The notes under the pieces: generated by a model | Told to the model about the DNA's origin: nothing | The model's database searches: none | Seen by the model: only the letters and a program-made list of their open reading frames with translations | Position numbers and translations under genes: made by a program | Shown: positions 51,061 to 62,746 of the stretch, piece by piece | How the letters are laid out: every line of letters starts with the position of its first letter | Position numbering within the stretch: the stretch's first letter is position 1 | Assembly (NCBI RefSeq): GCF_004010195.1 | Contig: NC_057751.1 | Location: 10,613,831 to 10,677,830 of the forward strand | Source: Chiloscyllium plagiosum | Lineage: Eukaryota | Length of the DNA: 64,000 nucleotides | Direction: 5' to 3'

Positions 51061-54000
51061 ATAACTCCCTCATCCGAGGATGGGGTGAGCGACCTGAACC
51101 ACCGTAATGGTTTACATGTAATACCACTACATCTGTTCACAAGGTTCATGTCATGTCACTAATGCCCAGTACAATTGCAGCCAAACACCCCGAACAGTCT
51201 GTTCCATTCCCTTTGTTGGCACAATTGAAAATTTCAGGATTGAGAAAGGTAGTTTTTTCTTAACTTGGTGATCAAAGGATTAGCAGCTGAGGTGGGTCAG
51301 TGGAAGTGAGGTACAGACAAATCATGGCAAAGTTGTAGTATCTCTGCCTCTGAACCAGGAGACCCAGTATGATTAAAAAATATCTGCACATGTTCAGGTT
51401 GAATGCAAAAGCAAACTGAAGAGACTGAGTGCTTGATCTTGTGAAACTGTAAGAGTAGAGAATTTTGGAACACTCCGACAGTCATTGTAAATTTTGGAAA
51501 GAGATGAGCAAGAGAAAGGTTTGCCTCGATTCTGTTGAAATGCTGCGTTCAGTGTCAATGAGTGAGGGACTGAAGTATACCAAATCAGAGATATCCCAGA
51601 TTCAATCTCTGCTGAATTAGTTGGTATTAACTGAACAGCTGTCATTATTGACCCCAGTGCCTTTTCTTGGGAAATGGAGGAGAAAAATAATCAATCGCTT
51701 TTCCTTCTCTCTCAATCTGTGCTTGCAGTGCAGGCACGTAAACCCACGTGATGGATAAGCGAAGGCACTATCTGGTCAAATATCTGGTCTGATTTTCCAG
51801 GCAAGATTAGCAACGAATGCCCTATTCTCCTAATAAAGAGTCTCAATTTCGGGATCATTGAGAAATGGATTCTGAAGGAATGTTGAGGGAAGAATGAAAC
51901 CTGGGTTGGAAAGACAAGAAAAGTATATGTGAATGGAAGAAATTGGCAGAAAAACAGAGGTTGCTGAATCTGAAGGCGTTAAACCTCACATGGAGGTTGA
52001 AGGCTCTGAGCCGCAATTAAGGCAATGAATAATTAAATAGTTGGAAAGCACAAGAACATTATTCAAAAGGAAATGGATCATTGATTCATTAGGCATCAAT
52101 GACATGATAACATCCTGTCTGTTTCTTGGCATTAATTTTCTAACACTGAGTTCATGTCTTTCAGGAGTTCAGTGGTTTGTAGAATGACAATAGGATATGA
52201 TAAAATAACTCTGCTTGTTCTGAAACCCAGGAATAAAAGGTAACTTGCACCGAAAATGCACTTAACAAAGACTGGTGGATTAAGTAAACCCCAGTACACC
52301 TTTTCAGTGTTGTTTATTGAATGTCAGATTTAGATTTCAGCATTCTAACTTTTTCTTCACCTTTTCCCCAACACTACGAAATTACTTTGCTCCCATTATC
52401 GTCTGACTGAACAAGCCGAAAAAGCAAAAATTGATTAAGTATGAACAAAGTCCACTTGGCCTGTAATACTGGTGTCAACACTTTGAGCTATTCAATTCGT
52501 CTCTTTGCCATTTTGTAGTTTTTCTGCAAATTTTCTTCAAGAATTCAAATTCCTTTTGTAAAATTTAATTCAGTGGTATCGGGTCCACACCCTCTTTTCC
52601 GCAGTACTTTGAGATCATGAGATGTTGCTGTCCCAAGTATAGTTCTGCTGATGAAACTCGTGCCCACTGATTTGTGACCCTCTAAGAGTCCTGTTGGAAA
52701 CAGTTTACCCATAGCGAATACAAATCCTGAGTTTGTGTGACACTCTCATTCGATAAGATTCAGGTGATGAGTCCACCACTTAGTGTGTAGGGAGAACACC
52801 AATCAGACATGTGCACCATTTATTTTTTTGCATCTTTCCACAAGTGTATTCAGGGCTTGTCCAGAGATCTCAGCAGTGCAGTTGTCTGAGCACAGGATTC
52901 GCTTTGTTAACTTATTTGTTCATTATTGAGCACTTTATTTGAATCTTTTCACTTTTTAGTTCCAATGCAAGCATTTGCAGCCTCCCCATTTCCATGCAGT
53001 TCCTCCAATGCTCCATTCTGATAAATCACCTCCATAGTCTTGACTCTCCTCCTGAAGTGTGTTGCCCTGAAATGGATGCAGTACTCCAGCTGCGACCTCA
53101 TCATTGTTTTGTAAAATCCTACTTTATGAAGCCATAGAGCCTTTATGCTATCACAACAGTATTCTCAAGTTGTACTGCCACTTTGAAAGAGTTGTATCCA
53201 GATACTCCTCAAGGTCTGTCTATTTTGTAAGCACTCAAATTGTAATGTTCAGATCATACTGCTATACTTCAGACTTTCAGAATGAATCACTTCATAGAAG
53301 TATTATGCATGAAGTTGCATCTGCCTGGTGTTTGGCCAGCCAGACAGTCGATCAACTCCTCAGCTTTGTCACCATTTTTCACAGTTAGCAATATTTCCTG
53401 AGTTCCATGTCACATGCAAATTTTGTCTTGTGAGCCATCGATCACGTGCGTAAAACTCAGTCGTTTATTTCAGTCAAAAACTGTTTCTTGCAGCCTGATT
53501 ATATTTTATATATAAATTAAGTTTGTTTGTCAACATAGCTTCCCCCTTCAGTCTTCCCCCTCTCACTTTGTTGGTAGCAGTCCTGCTAAGTGCCTTGTAG
53601 CATTTCAGTCTTTGCCAGATGTCATTGTAAATCTAAGTTGCCACCTTCATCTCCCTGTGTCACATGTCATTCCTGTTGTTGAAACCTGTTGAAAGTTCCA
53701 ATCTAACCACTTGGAGGCAAGTGAGTATGTTTCTGGGAGAACTGCCAATGGCTTTTTCCCTCTTGCTATGGAAATAAATATTGCATTTGCTGAACACCCT
53801 TACATGGCTCAAGTTAGGAGACCTGCTTCAGGGCAAAGGGTGAGAAAGTTCTGAAGTGATATTTTTATTCAGATCTGGCATGTGTCTTCAGAAATGATGG
53901 AAAGAGGTAGACTGCTGCAGTCTGTAATGGAAATCAGTCTAAACTAGCATCAGATTCACCTTTAGAGTTGTGAGGGGAGACCGTCATACTTAAATGTTGC

Positions 54001-54234
54001 GAGAATTTGTGCCACTTCGGATGTGGGTGGCAAGAGTTGTGAATGGGTTGAGAGTTTTTGGTTGGAAGATGGGAGACAGTCAGGACAGCATTGAATGACC
54101 GGGTCTTGAAATAGCCAAGGCATAAATGAGGGTTTCAGCAACAAACAAATGGAGTGAGGTTGGAGTGCAGGTAAAAGTAGATGTTCTTGGGTCTCTATGC
54201 AGTCAGAAAATTGCTTCAGAGATACCTTCTTTAC

Positions 54235-54590
54235 CTTTTTGGGCATGTGAGAGTCACTGGTAAGACTAGCACTTGTTACCCACCCATAATTTCCCTTTAA
54301 CTGAGTAGCTTGGTAGATCTTTGCTGAGACTCGTAAAACGTCACCACATTGCTCTGGCTAAGGAGTCCAGGTAAAGCAGATTGGGTAAGCATGGAGGATT
54401 TCCTTTCCTGAACATCAGTGAACCAGATGTTTTTTTTCAGTGGTCACTGTCAGTTGAAATGTGTTCCAAATTGAGTTTACATTGCATTTAGTGTGACAGT
54501 GAGGTTTGGACCAGTGCCCCATATCATGAGCCTGGTCTTTGCATCACTTCTCTGGCAATGCTCCCACTCCTCTACCATCACCCCTCGTGA
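54235..54590 (-). mobile_element. Decayed SINE of the 18785/25525 family
   Basis: Shared segments ...cacttgttacccacccataatttcccttt...atttcctttcctgaacatcagtgaaccagatg. Confidence 0.65.
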
Positions 54591-55804
54591 TGGTACCGTG
54601 ATTGCAAATGATCTACTTCACCCTCAAACTTTGGTTGGTGAAGAGATGAAATAATGTTTCGAGAACAGAATTTAATTTGTTGAACAAAAGGCCATGACAT
54701 TGTTGAATTGGAAGAAATTTCTGCTTATCCACTACTAGACGCCAGACATGCTTGTGACAAGTCAGAGATGTTGGTTTGGTAGAGCAGGGATTTGTCAGCA
54801 TGTGTGTGGAACCTGATGTGTTCTTGTATGCTGTTGCCAAGAGGTGAAAAGGTGAAAATGCTTCGAGCTGTTCAGTGTGCACATGTCTTACATGACAGAC
54901 ATTGCAATAAAAGTCATACACTTGTGCAAAGACAAATTACATTTGCAGCTCAGTTGGTTTGAACAGTGGCCAGTGTACAATTAAATGACACTGAGTAGGT
55001 CAGCCATGGTCTCATCTAGAGGATGGGGGAGGATACAATGAGCAGTTTGCTTTTGTTGCCAAGGGTACGCTATCCTGGTTTTATGGTCACTGTCCAGGAG
55101 TTCCCAAATGTGAGCTTGTGGGCATGAGTGGAGATATATTGAGCTGGATGTTTTTGGGACCATGATGTCCCCTGAGCGCTCATACAGTGCTACTGCTTAA
55201 TTTTAAAGCAAATTACGTGACGATTGGTCATTTGGGTTGTGATTTGAAGAGATAATATTTCTATGGTTATATACCAGTAAAGATTTAGGAGCTTAAGAAA
55301 AGGAGAAATATGCAGTCAGGAAACGTTATTTTAAGCAAATGTCCCAGCTGAAACAGTTGAAAGGTTATGGTCCGTGCCGTCAGAGAATTTTGAAAATAAA
55401 TGTTATTTCAACTTGTTTAAAGGATGTTACACGTCGGTCCTGCTGATCATGTCAAATTAATGTGTAAGTCATCACCAGTATGTGGTTTAATTTGAAAACT
55501 TAACAGTGTCCCTGATGACACTCCAGAGAACTGTCGTATGAATTCATTCATTTGTATCTTTGAGATGATGCAGCATGATAAAATGAGCTTTGACTTCAAA
55601 TTCCTCGCATTTTTAGTTGCTTACTTGACCTTTTGTACTTATTTTCAAGTTTAATCTTTGAATTATCTGGAATTTGAGCCAGAGATCGCAAAGCTGCAAT
55701 TATATTTTCATTTGCACTGCCTGGAAGCACGGTTTGTAACATCCACCGTCTTGTAGACTGGTCCAGCCAATCAGACCAAATATTGGCTGCAATGTGGAAT
55801 GAAA

Positions 55805-56180
55805 TAAAGAGCTTGCATTTTTATTGCAACCCAGACATCTTGAATTGATCACTATTGAATTCAGAAGTCTTTAAGGAGTCTGGTCACTTTTGGGAAGTGC
55901 AAAAGCTCATTTATATGAGGCAAGATCACACAATCTATTTTTGTGATTTTTGACCAAGGGATAGTTTTGTCCAGAACGTCAGAGAATTCTTCCCTGCTTA
56001 AAATTATTTCATACCATGATTTCATGTCCAGAGAGCGACTGAGGTGTCAGTTTGACACCCCATCTGAAAGAAAATACCTTTCCGAATGATGCAATGTAAT
56101 GTCAGCCTGAATTTTGTGCTCAAGTCTCCAGAGTAGGAGTTGAACACATGACCTTTTGACATGGGTGAGAGTGCAAGTGG
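55805..56180 (-). mobile_element. Deu-domain SINE (SacSINE1/AmnSINE1-like)
   Basis: Minus strand gives tRNA-like head ...ctggagacttgagcacaaaattcaggctgac, then ctttcagatggggtgtcaaac (Deu core-like), and tail aaatgcaagctctttattt. Confidence 0.65.
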
Positions 56181-56864
56181 GTATTTTAGTTGTATGTTTG
56201 GTATGAACTTGTCCTCTGTGCTGAGATATGCAGCTGCTTGTGTGATCCTGTCTCTCAGCATTTAAATCAACAAGAGGAACCTGATCTGTCAAATCAATCA
56301 AATCTTTCCATCTGCTCTTCACCTTCATGTTGAATTATGTTGTGTTGCTGAATTATTTTCTTTAAATGTGCCTTCTGTCACCTTCTAACTGAAAAATATT
56401 CCAAATCAATCAATATCTCATTTCACTTGGAAAAGGCACAAATTTTCCATTGGTTTACATATCACAAAACACAGCACCGATTTCCACTTAGATTGGTGAG
56501 CTGATGTTGTGGTTGAGGTCCAACAATAGGTGCGTGCTTCTCCAGTTACCTCTGACTGTGCCCTCAGTGTTCCAGGGAATTCATAATCTTGTGAAATAAA
56601 CACCAGAAGTGTGAGACCAAATTCCAAAATCGATAGAACAGCACAAAAAGAACTCCAGTCTCATTTGGGGCATTCCTGTTTGTGAAGCGGAAAATCTCAT
56701 TTCTGATTTAAAAACAAATCAAGCTTGAATTAAATGTAAAATTAACTGATCTTCCCTGGATCTGAGAATGGTGACTGTACTTGGCCTTGGTCTTCTCCTG
56801 ACTCGGAAAACTTACTTTGGGATTCTGCATCCAACTGTTGTCCACTCACGTTTTGATGGTATGG

Positions 56865-57190
56865 TGGATGGTGACTCAGTGGTTAGCACTCCTGCCCCAC
56901 AGTGCCAGGGACATGAGATCGATTCTCACCATGGATGACTGTCTGTGTGGAATTTGCACATTCTCACCGTGTCTGTGTGGGTTTCTGCTAGATGCTCTGG
57001 TTTCTTCACACAATCCAAAGATGTGCAGGTTAGGTGGATTGGTCATGGTAAATTGTCCGTAGCATGAGTGGATGTAAATGCGGGGTTAAGGGGATAGAGT
57101 GGGTCAGCTGGGTCTGGGAGGCAATGCGCTTTGATAGGTTGGTGCAGACTTGATGGGCCGAATGGCTGCTTTGAGCACTGTAGGTATTCA
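56865..57190 (+). mobile_element. Diverged HE1-type SINE
   Basis: ggtgactcagtggttagcactcctgcc head and gatgggccgaatggctgc tail. Confidence 0.85.
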
Positions 57191-58199
57191 CTGATGCTAG
57201 GTTGTTGAAGTGGCTGGTCAACATTCATTTCTCTTGGGTTGATTAGTGGAGAAGAGGTGTTTGGATATAATGTTTGAAACACTGGTCAGAAAGAGTCGAC
57301 ACTCAGAACACAGGAATGCAAGTCCACTTTTCCCATTTGAATGGGATGAAACTGAACAGACACATGTTTCCAGGAAAGGTATTTTACCCAAGAGCGCATC
57401 TGCAATCGAATGTGTGCTTCAAATCATTCACCAAACTGTATATTCGGACAGATAATTCCCAAGAAACATGACACATGAAACAATCGTTCGGATTCAAATT
57501 ACATAAAAGCATCTGTGAGCAGACATGGAGGCAAATTATTTTGAAGTTGGAGCATGCGGTTTAGTTAGTGATATAGTGGAAGATGATCCCAGCAACCTTT
57601 TGTACTCCCAACTAAAATAGTGCAGTCATATAATTGTTGCGGCACAGAATGAGGCCATTTGGTCAATCATGTCTGTTTTGGCGACATTCCACAGCAGTGC
57701 ACTTAGTGCAAGTGCCCCACCTTCTCCTGTAGTCCTGCAAATTTTATATATTCAAAGAATTATCCAGTACTGTTTGACATTTTGAATGAATCTGCCTCCT
57801 CAAACACAGAGTACATTCCAAATCCTTGTGTCAAAACCTCTCGTGTCAAAAAGCTTTTCCTGTAGCATTTACATCGTTTGATTGTTAACCTAAAATCAGT
57901 GTCTGCTGATTCTGAAGTTTTTTACTAATGGAATCAGATTTGTTTATTATGTCCCGACTACTCATGATTTTGAACAGTTCTCTCAACTCCCAATCAGCTC
58001 TGTGGGAGGAAAACTCTCGCCTCTCCAATCTCCCCTTATAATTGAAGTAAAATTACAAGTAATGCTGTCGGGATTCAATATTGAATCATACAGCATGGAA
58101 ACAGACCCATCTATGCAAATTGTCCACACTGACGAGGTTTCCAAAACTGAACTTGTCCCATTTGGCTGCTATCCCTCTCAACTTTCCTATCCATGTAAC

Positions 58200-58830
58200 A
58201 AACAGTTGAATTGCTTCATGACCAGAACACCTTGTTCCATATCCTTCGCATCTGACACCCTGTCACAGGCTGCTTGCAGCACAGCCTCCCCATTTTCACC
58301 TCCTTCTAGTCCCCATTATTAGCTTTCTTCTTCCCTGGCTTACAATTGTCCATCTCTTTGTCTTTCTCAGTTTGGGCTCCATCTCCACCGAATTTACTCC
58401 TTTTCCCACTTCACCCCCATTTTCAGCATAAATAGCACCTTATCCTAGCTATTATCAGTTGTGGACAGTTTGTGAGCTCATGGTTTTGGAGGTAGCATAT
58501 TGGTATGGATAGGGAATTGGCTCATGGACAGGAACCAGCAAGTGGGCAAAGGGTCAAAGGCTGGTAAAACTTGAGTAGGTCTGGCAGCATCGGTGGAGAG
58601 AAAGCAGAGTTCAAGTTTCTGGTCCAGTTGCCCTTCACAACTGATTGTAGCAAGGAAAAGGTTGGGACGTATGCTGGAAAAAGGATGAGGTGAGGGGTAA
58701 AGAGGAAATGACAATTGGAGATGGTTTCAGACAGAGAAAAGTAGTTGGGCAGACTGAGGATGGGTAAGTGCCATGGCTTGGAGAATGAAGAGCTGCTAAT
58801 AGGGACCGTTAGTGGCTGACAATGAGTTGT
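58200..58830. mobile_element. Two old PLE terminal fragments in opposite orientation
   Basis: About 58200-58460 (+) and 58555-58830 (-), both similar to the 35500/40060 family. Confidence 0.6.
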
Positions 58831-61800
58831 TCATGGTAGCATGTTTGACATTGCCATAATGTAAGCAGCAGTGGCAACAGTCATGTTCTCATGATCCCCA
58901 AAGATTTGGTCTTTGATGAATCTGCTTCCTCATCGATGTGAGGCCTCTTGGTGACATGATGAGCAGCTGAACCTGAAGCCACCTTGATCTGTAGCTTTCA
59001 CAGGTTCGCCTGCCAATATATGACTGCCTTTGGTTGTCATTTCAAAATGATATTTGCTAATGGAAGAAGATTGTTAAGCTTTGTTGGCAGTAGGTCACTG
59101 AGATTTGTTCCATTGTCATATAATCTGTGTTTATTCAAGAAATCAATCAGGAAGTCAGCTCCATCTGTTGCCATTGTGTTTCTGTTATTCATGGAACAAC
59201 ATCAGATTTACACAGTATCATGTTGGCAATTGTATCATTGACTCAAGTACAATTCACTGATTTTGAGTCATTTGAAAAGCAACAGGATTTATAAAGTACA
59301 CTGAATATGTAACTGTACCCGATCTCATTTTGTGGAGGTGGTAACCAGTAATTTGCATATTAAACATAGGTTAGTCATAACACAAAGACCATAATCTTAA
59401 GTGTCAAGGTGGTCTGGCAATATTAGCTATGAAAATCCAATATCCAAGACTGATAGCTCTGCATCTGTTACTTTCCAATCTCATTGGGGAACTGTTAAGG
59501 AGAACGTAGACACTTCTTTACCTTACTTCCTTTCATCTGTATCCTCACATGTTTCAATCAGTCATGTAATTCCAGATACGTAATCCTTTTACAGGCTCTC
59601 ACATCTGCAGCACACCTGACCACCCACTTTTCCTTGCAGAAAGCCAAACTGCTTGTTCATCAGGTGAATATAATGTTGCGTCCGTCATTTCTTCTGTCAG
59701 CAACAGTGTTGTTTTGGCAAAGATTTGTTACCAAAGATGCAATGATGTTTGGCGAGATCTCAGTTTTTTGATTGAGAGATGACTGGCTTCAAGTCTGCTT
59801 GGACAGGAAAGTGCTGTGGATATGCCACTCAATTTGCTGGTATCTGCATTCACATTGTGTCGGTTGAGTTCCCTTGACTGGACAGTTGGTTTGCAAAGCA
59901 GTGTGATGCCAAAAATGTGGGTTCATGTCCCATCACCAGCTGAGGTTGCTATTGAGGACTCTCCTTCTCCACCTCAAGGAGGGTTGCTGGGATGGTGCTT
60001 CAGCCTGAAGAAAGGGGAGAACATGTTTGTTTGGAAGAAGAGAACGAAGAAGAACCACGAGAATTGGAAGGCGAACAAACCTGTGCCAATAAGATGACTT
60101 CTAAGAGATTGTCTGACTTAGTTAAGACTGAGATGAGAAACAATACGATCACTAAGCGGTGGTAACGTTGTGGAACTCTGACAAAAGGCACTGGAGGCCA
60201 AACCACAAAATATATTTGAGCAAGAGACAGATTATTAAACCGAGGTGTGGGGTGAGAAAGGAGGTATGGTGTTGAGATGGGGTATCGGTCAGGAATCATA
60301 TCATGGAGCAGGTCCGACAAGTGATTGGCCAAACTGCCTAATCTTATTGCTCATCCATTGGTTTCTATGTGCCTTCGATACAGGAAGGTGTCAAACCCCA
60401 ACTCCAGACGCTAGCACTTTTTGCCGAGGCCAGCAGTTTGGTGCTATATTGTTTGATGTGTTCTTTGTCAATTGTAAGCTGTTGAATTGAGGCTCTGAAT
60501 GTCCTCTATCAGAATCACAGAACTGGTACAGTGGAGAAAGAGACCATTTGGCAAATCATGTCTCTATGGCTCTCTGGGCAATTAAAGTGCCTTTTTCCTG
60601 TAACCCTGTACGTTTTCTTTTTTAAACTAATCGCCAATCAGACCTATTTGAGTGCCTCAGCTGACCCCCTGCAATTGCCACACTTTCAGATCATAATGCT
60701 TTAAAAAGCTTTTTCTCACCTCACATTTGCATATTTTGCTAAACTCTTAAATTTTGTCCCATATGGTTCTCAATCTTTTGAAGAGCAGGACCAGTTTCTG
60801 CATATCTATTTTGTCCAGCCCCCTCCTGATTGTGAAAAACTTTTCTCAGATCTCCTCTGAGCTTGTCCCACCTCCAAGGGGAACAGTCCCAATCTCTCCA
60901 TTCCACCTTCACTGCTGAAGTGGCTCTTTCCAGGAACTATTCTTGGAAATGTCTTCTTCATTGTCTCCAATGCATTCACATCCTTCCCAACCTTAATCCA
61001 AAACTGTACACATCCCCGCAGCGGGAGGTCTCATTATCATCTGAGATAAGAGCCAGTGAGTATGAACTCACTGAAGTTATGTTCTGTGCCCCCTATCAAC
61101 AAACCAAAAATGGATATAGGGTCTCATACGGCACAGTAGTTGTGTTACTGCCTCTGAGCCTCTGGGTTAAACTCATGCCTGCCTCACAGGTGTGGCATAA
61201 CATTTCCAAACAGGTTGATCAGAAAATGTCCAGAAATGGTGGATGCTTTTGTTACCACTTGTGCTCTCTCGACCTGTTCTATCACCTTTAGTTACTTAAA
61301 GGTTGGTTAACGTTGATCTATTGAGCAAAATCACCAAAACACCATGGTTAATTTTGTCTGCGTAGTAGTCTTGGGATGATCTTGTGCTCAGATTGACTTG
61401 ACAACTTCAAAGGTATTGAACGAATTATGAAGCACTCGGAACATTGCAGAGAAAGATGCTTTCTGTATATAAGCGGTTTAAGAAACCGTTAATCGATAAA
61501 CCGAGCACCTCGCTTGTCGCAAATTGTGGAGTTGATGCAGTCTGAATGGTATAGTATCCCAGGTTCAATGGTATCGTTGTTAGAAAAGTAAGCAGCTTTT
61601 TTTTAAAAGCTGCGTGGAGTTTTTTGCTCACTTAAAAAAACGAAGAAAATGCGAGGACAAATTTCAAAAGCATTAATGAAGTAACGTTTCTAAGAAATGA
61701 CACATTAAATGCGACGTGGCTGTGTTTGTGAGATTTTAAAAAGGACTTTAAAAAGAAATACACATTTCTTGAATTTTGACACCTCTTTTAAAACTGAGAT

Positions 61801-61849
61801 CTTGCTTCTTTGAAATAATTTATCTCCGTTTGCATTTTAAAGCAAACAA

Positions 61850-62342
61850 CTTGGAACTTATCGCAGCGATCTGCGGAGAGAAGGGTTTGCGTGAGGTGAA
61901 AGCGACCACCGATCCCCTGGGTGACCCGCAGTGTGTGTGTTTTGTTTTGCAGCTTTTAGTGTTTCTTGTTACAGGATTTTTTTTTGTTGTTGTTTCTTTG
62001 TTGGGGGGGGGGGGGGGAAGGTCACTGAATGATCGCGGGTCATTCCGAGCTTGCATGGAGAAACCAACCAGTTTCTCCCCAGTGAGACAGCGTTAGAGTG
62101 AGACGCGACTGCATCTTCCAAGGTTTTGAGAGGAGCCATGCCAATCCCCACGCCCCCCCCCCCGATGTGAATGTCATGCTTGCGGGCTGCAGACTGTCAA
62201 TCAGAAGGAGCCGCCCAGTTTCTCCTCCCCATCTCGCGAGAGGCGCTACACCGAGTTGTCAATCAGCCGGAGCCCGGTAGCAAGCGCTGGCTCCCTCCCT
62301 CCCTCCCTCCCTTTGCAATCTCGAGTTGCAATTTTTTCCAAC
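61850..62342 (+). promoter_or_regulatory. camk2b: CpG-rich promoter/5' UTR of camk2b
   Basis: Visible CpG enrichment against a CpG-poor background. Contains CCAAT 62141-62145, CTGTCAATCA 62194-62203, TCTCGCGAGA 62232-62241, TTGTCAATCA 62256-62265 and a (CTCC)n tract near 62291-62311. Confidence 0.75.
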
Positions 62343-62407
62343 ATGGCCTCGACTGGAACGTGTACCCGATTCAGCGATGAATACCAGCTTTACGAGGAGC
62401 TCGGCAA
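62343..62407 (+). CDS. camk2b: Ca2+/calmodulin-dependent protein kinase II (beta) coding exon 1 (MASTGTCTRFSDEYQLYEELGK)
   Basis: ATG in strong Kozak context (ccaacATGG), 65 nt coding, donor GTaagt at 62408. The TCTRF.DEYQLYEELGK N-terminus is CaMKII; the YQLYE motif and position downstream of nudcd3 favour beta. Confidence 0.9.
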
Positions 62408-62651
62408 GTAAGTGTCCCAGCTTTCCTTTTCCCGCCTGTGTCTTTCTCCTGCCATCCCCACTACCTTCCCCCACCTCACCCCCCCCCCCCATGCCTTTGC
62501 AGCAGCTTCAGAGAAAACCTTCACTAACCACCCTCCTTCCCCTTTACCGCAAAAGGGGAAAAAAAACATCGCAACAATTTGTGATCTTTTTTATGGTTGC
62601 AAAATAACATCCTTTCTCTGCTACATTGTGTCTTGTTTCTGTTCAATCCAG

Positions 62652-62746
62652 AGGCGCTTTCTCGATCGTCCGCAGATGCGTGAAGCTGTCAACAGGGCAA
62701 GAATATGCAGCGAAAATCATTAACACCAAAAAGCTGTCTGCTCGAG
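62652..62746 (+). CDS. camk2b: CaMKII (beta) coding exon 2 ([31 protein letters not shown]), glycine-rich loop and catalytic lysine
   Basis: Acceptor tcaatccAG ends at 62651, donor GTtggt at 62747. The 95 nt exon is phase-compatible with exon 1. VKL.TG is beta-like. The gene continues beyond the window. Confidence 0.92.

Noticed and set aside
62165..62380. Upstream ATGs/uORF overlapping the camk2b start
   Set aside because: These ATGs lie among or upstream of the promoter motifs and are probably 5' of the TSS; cannot be supported without TSS data.
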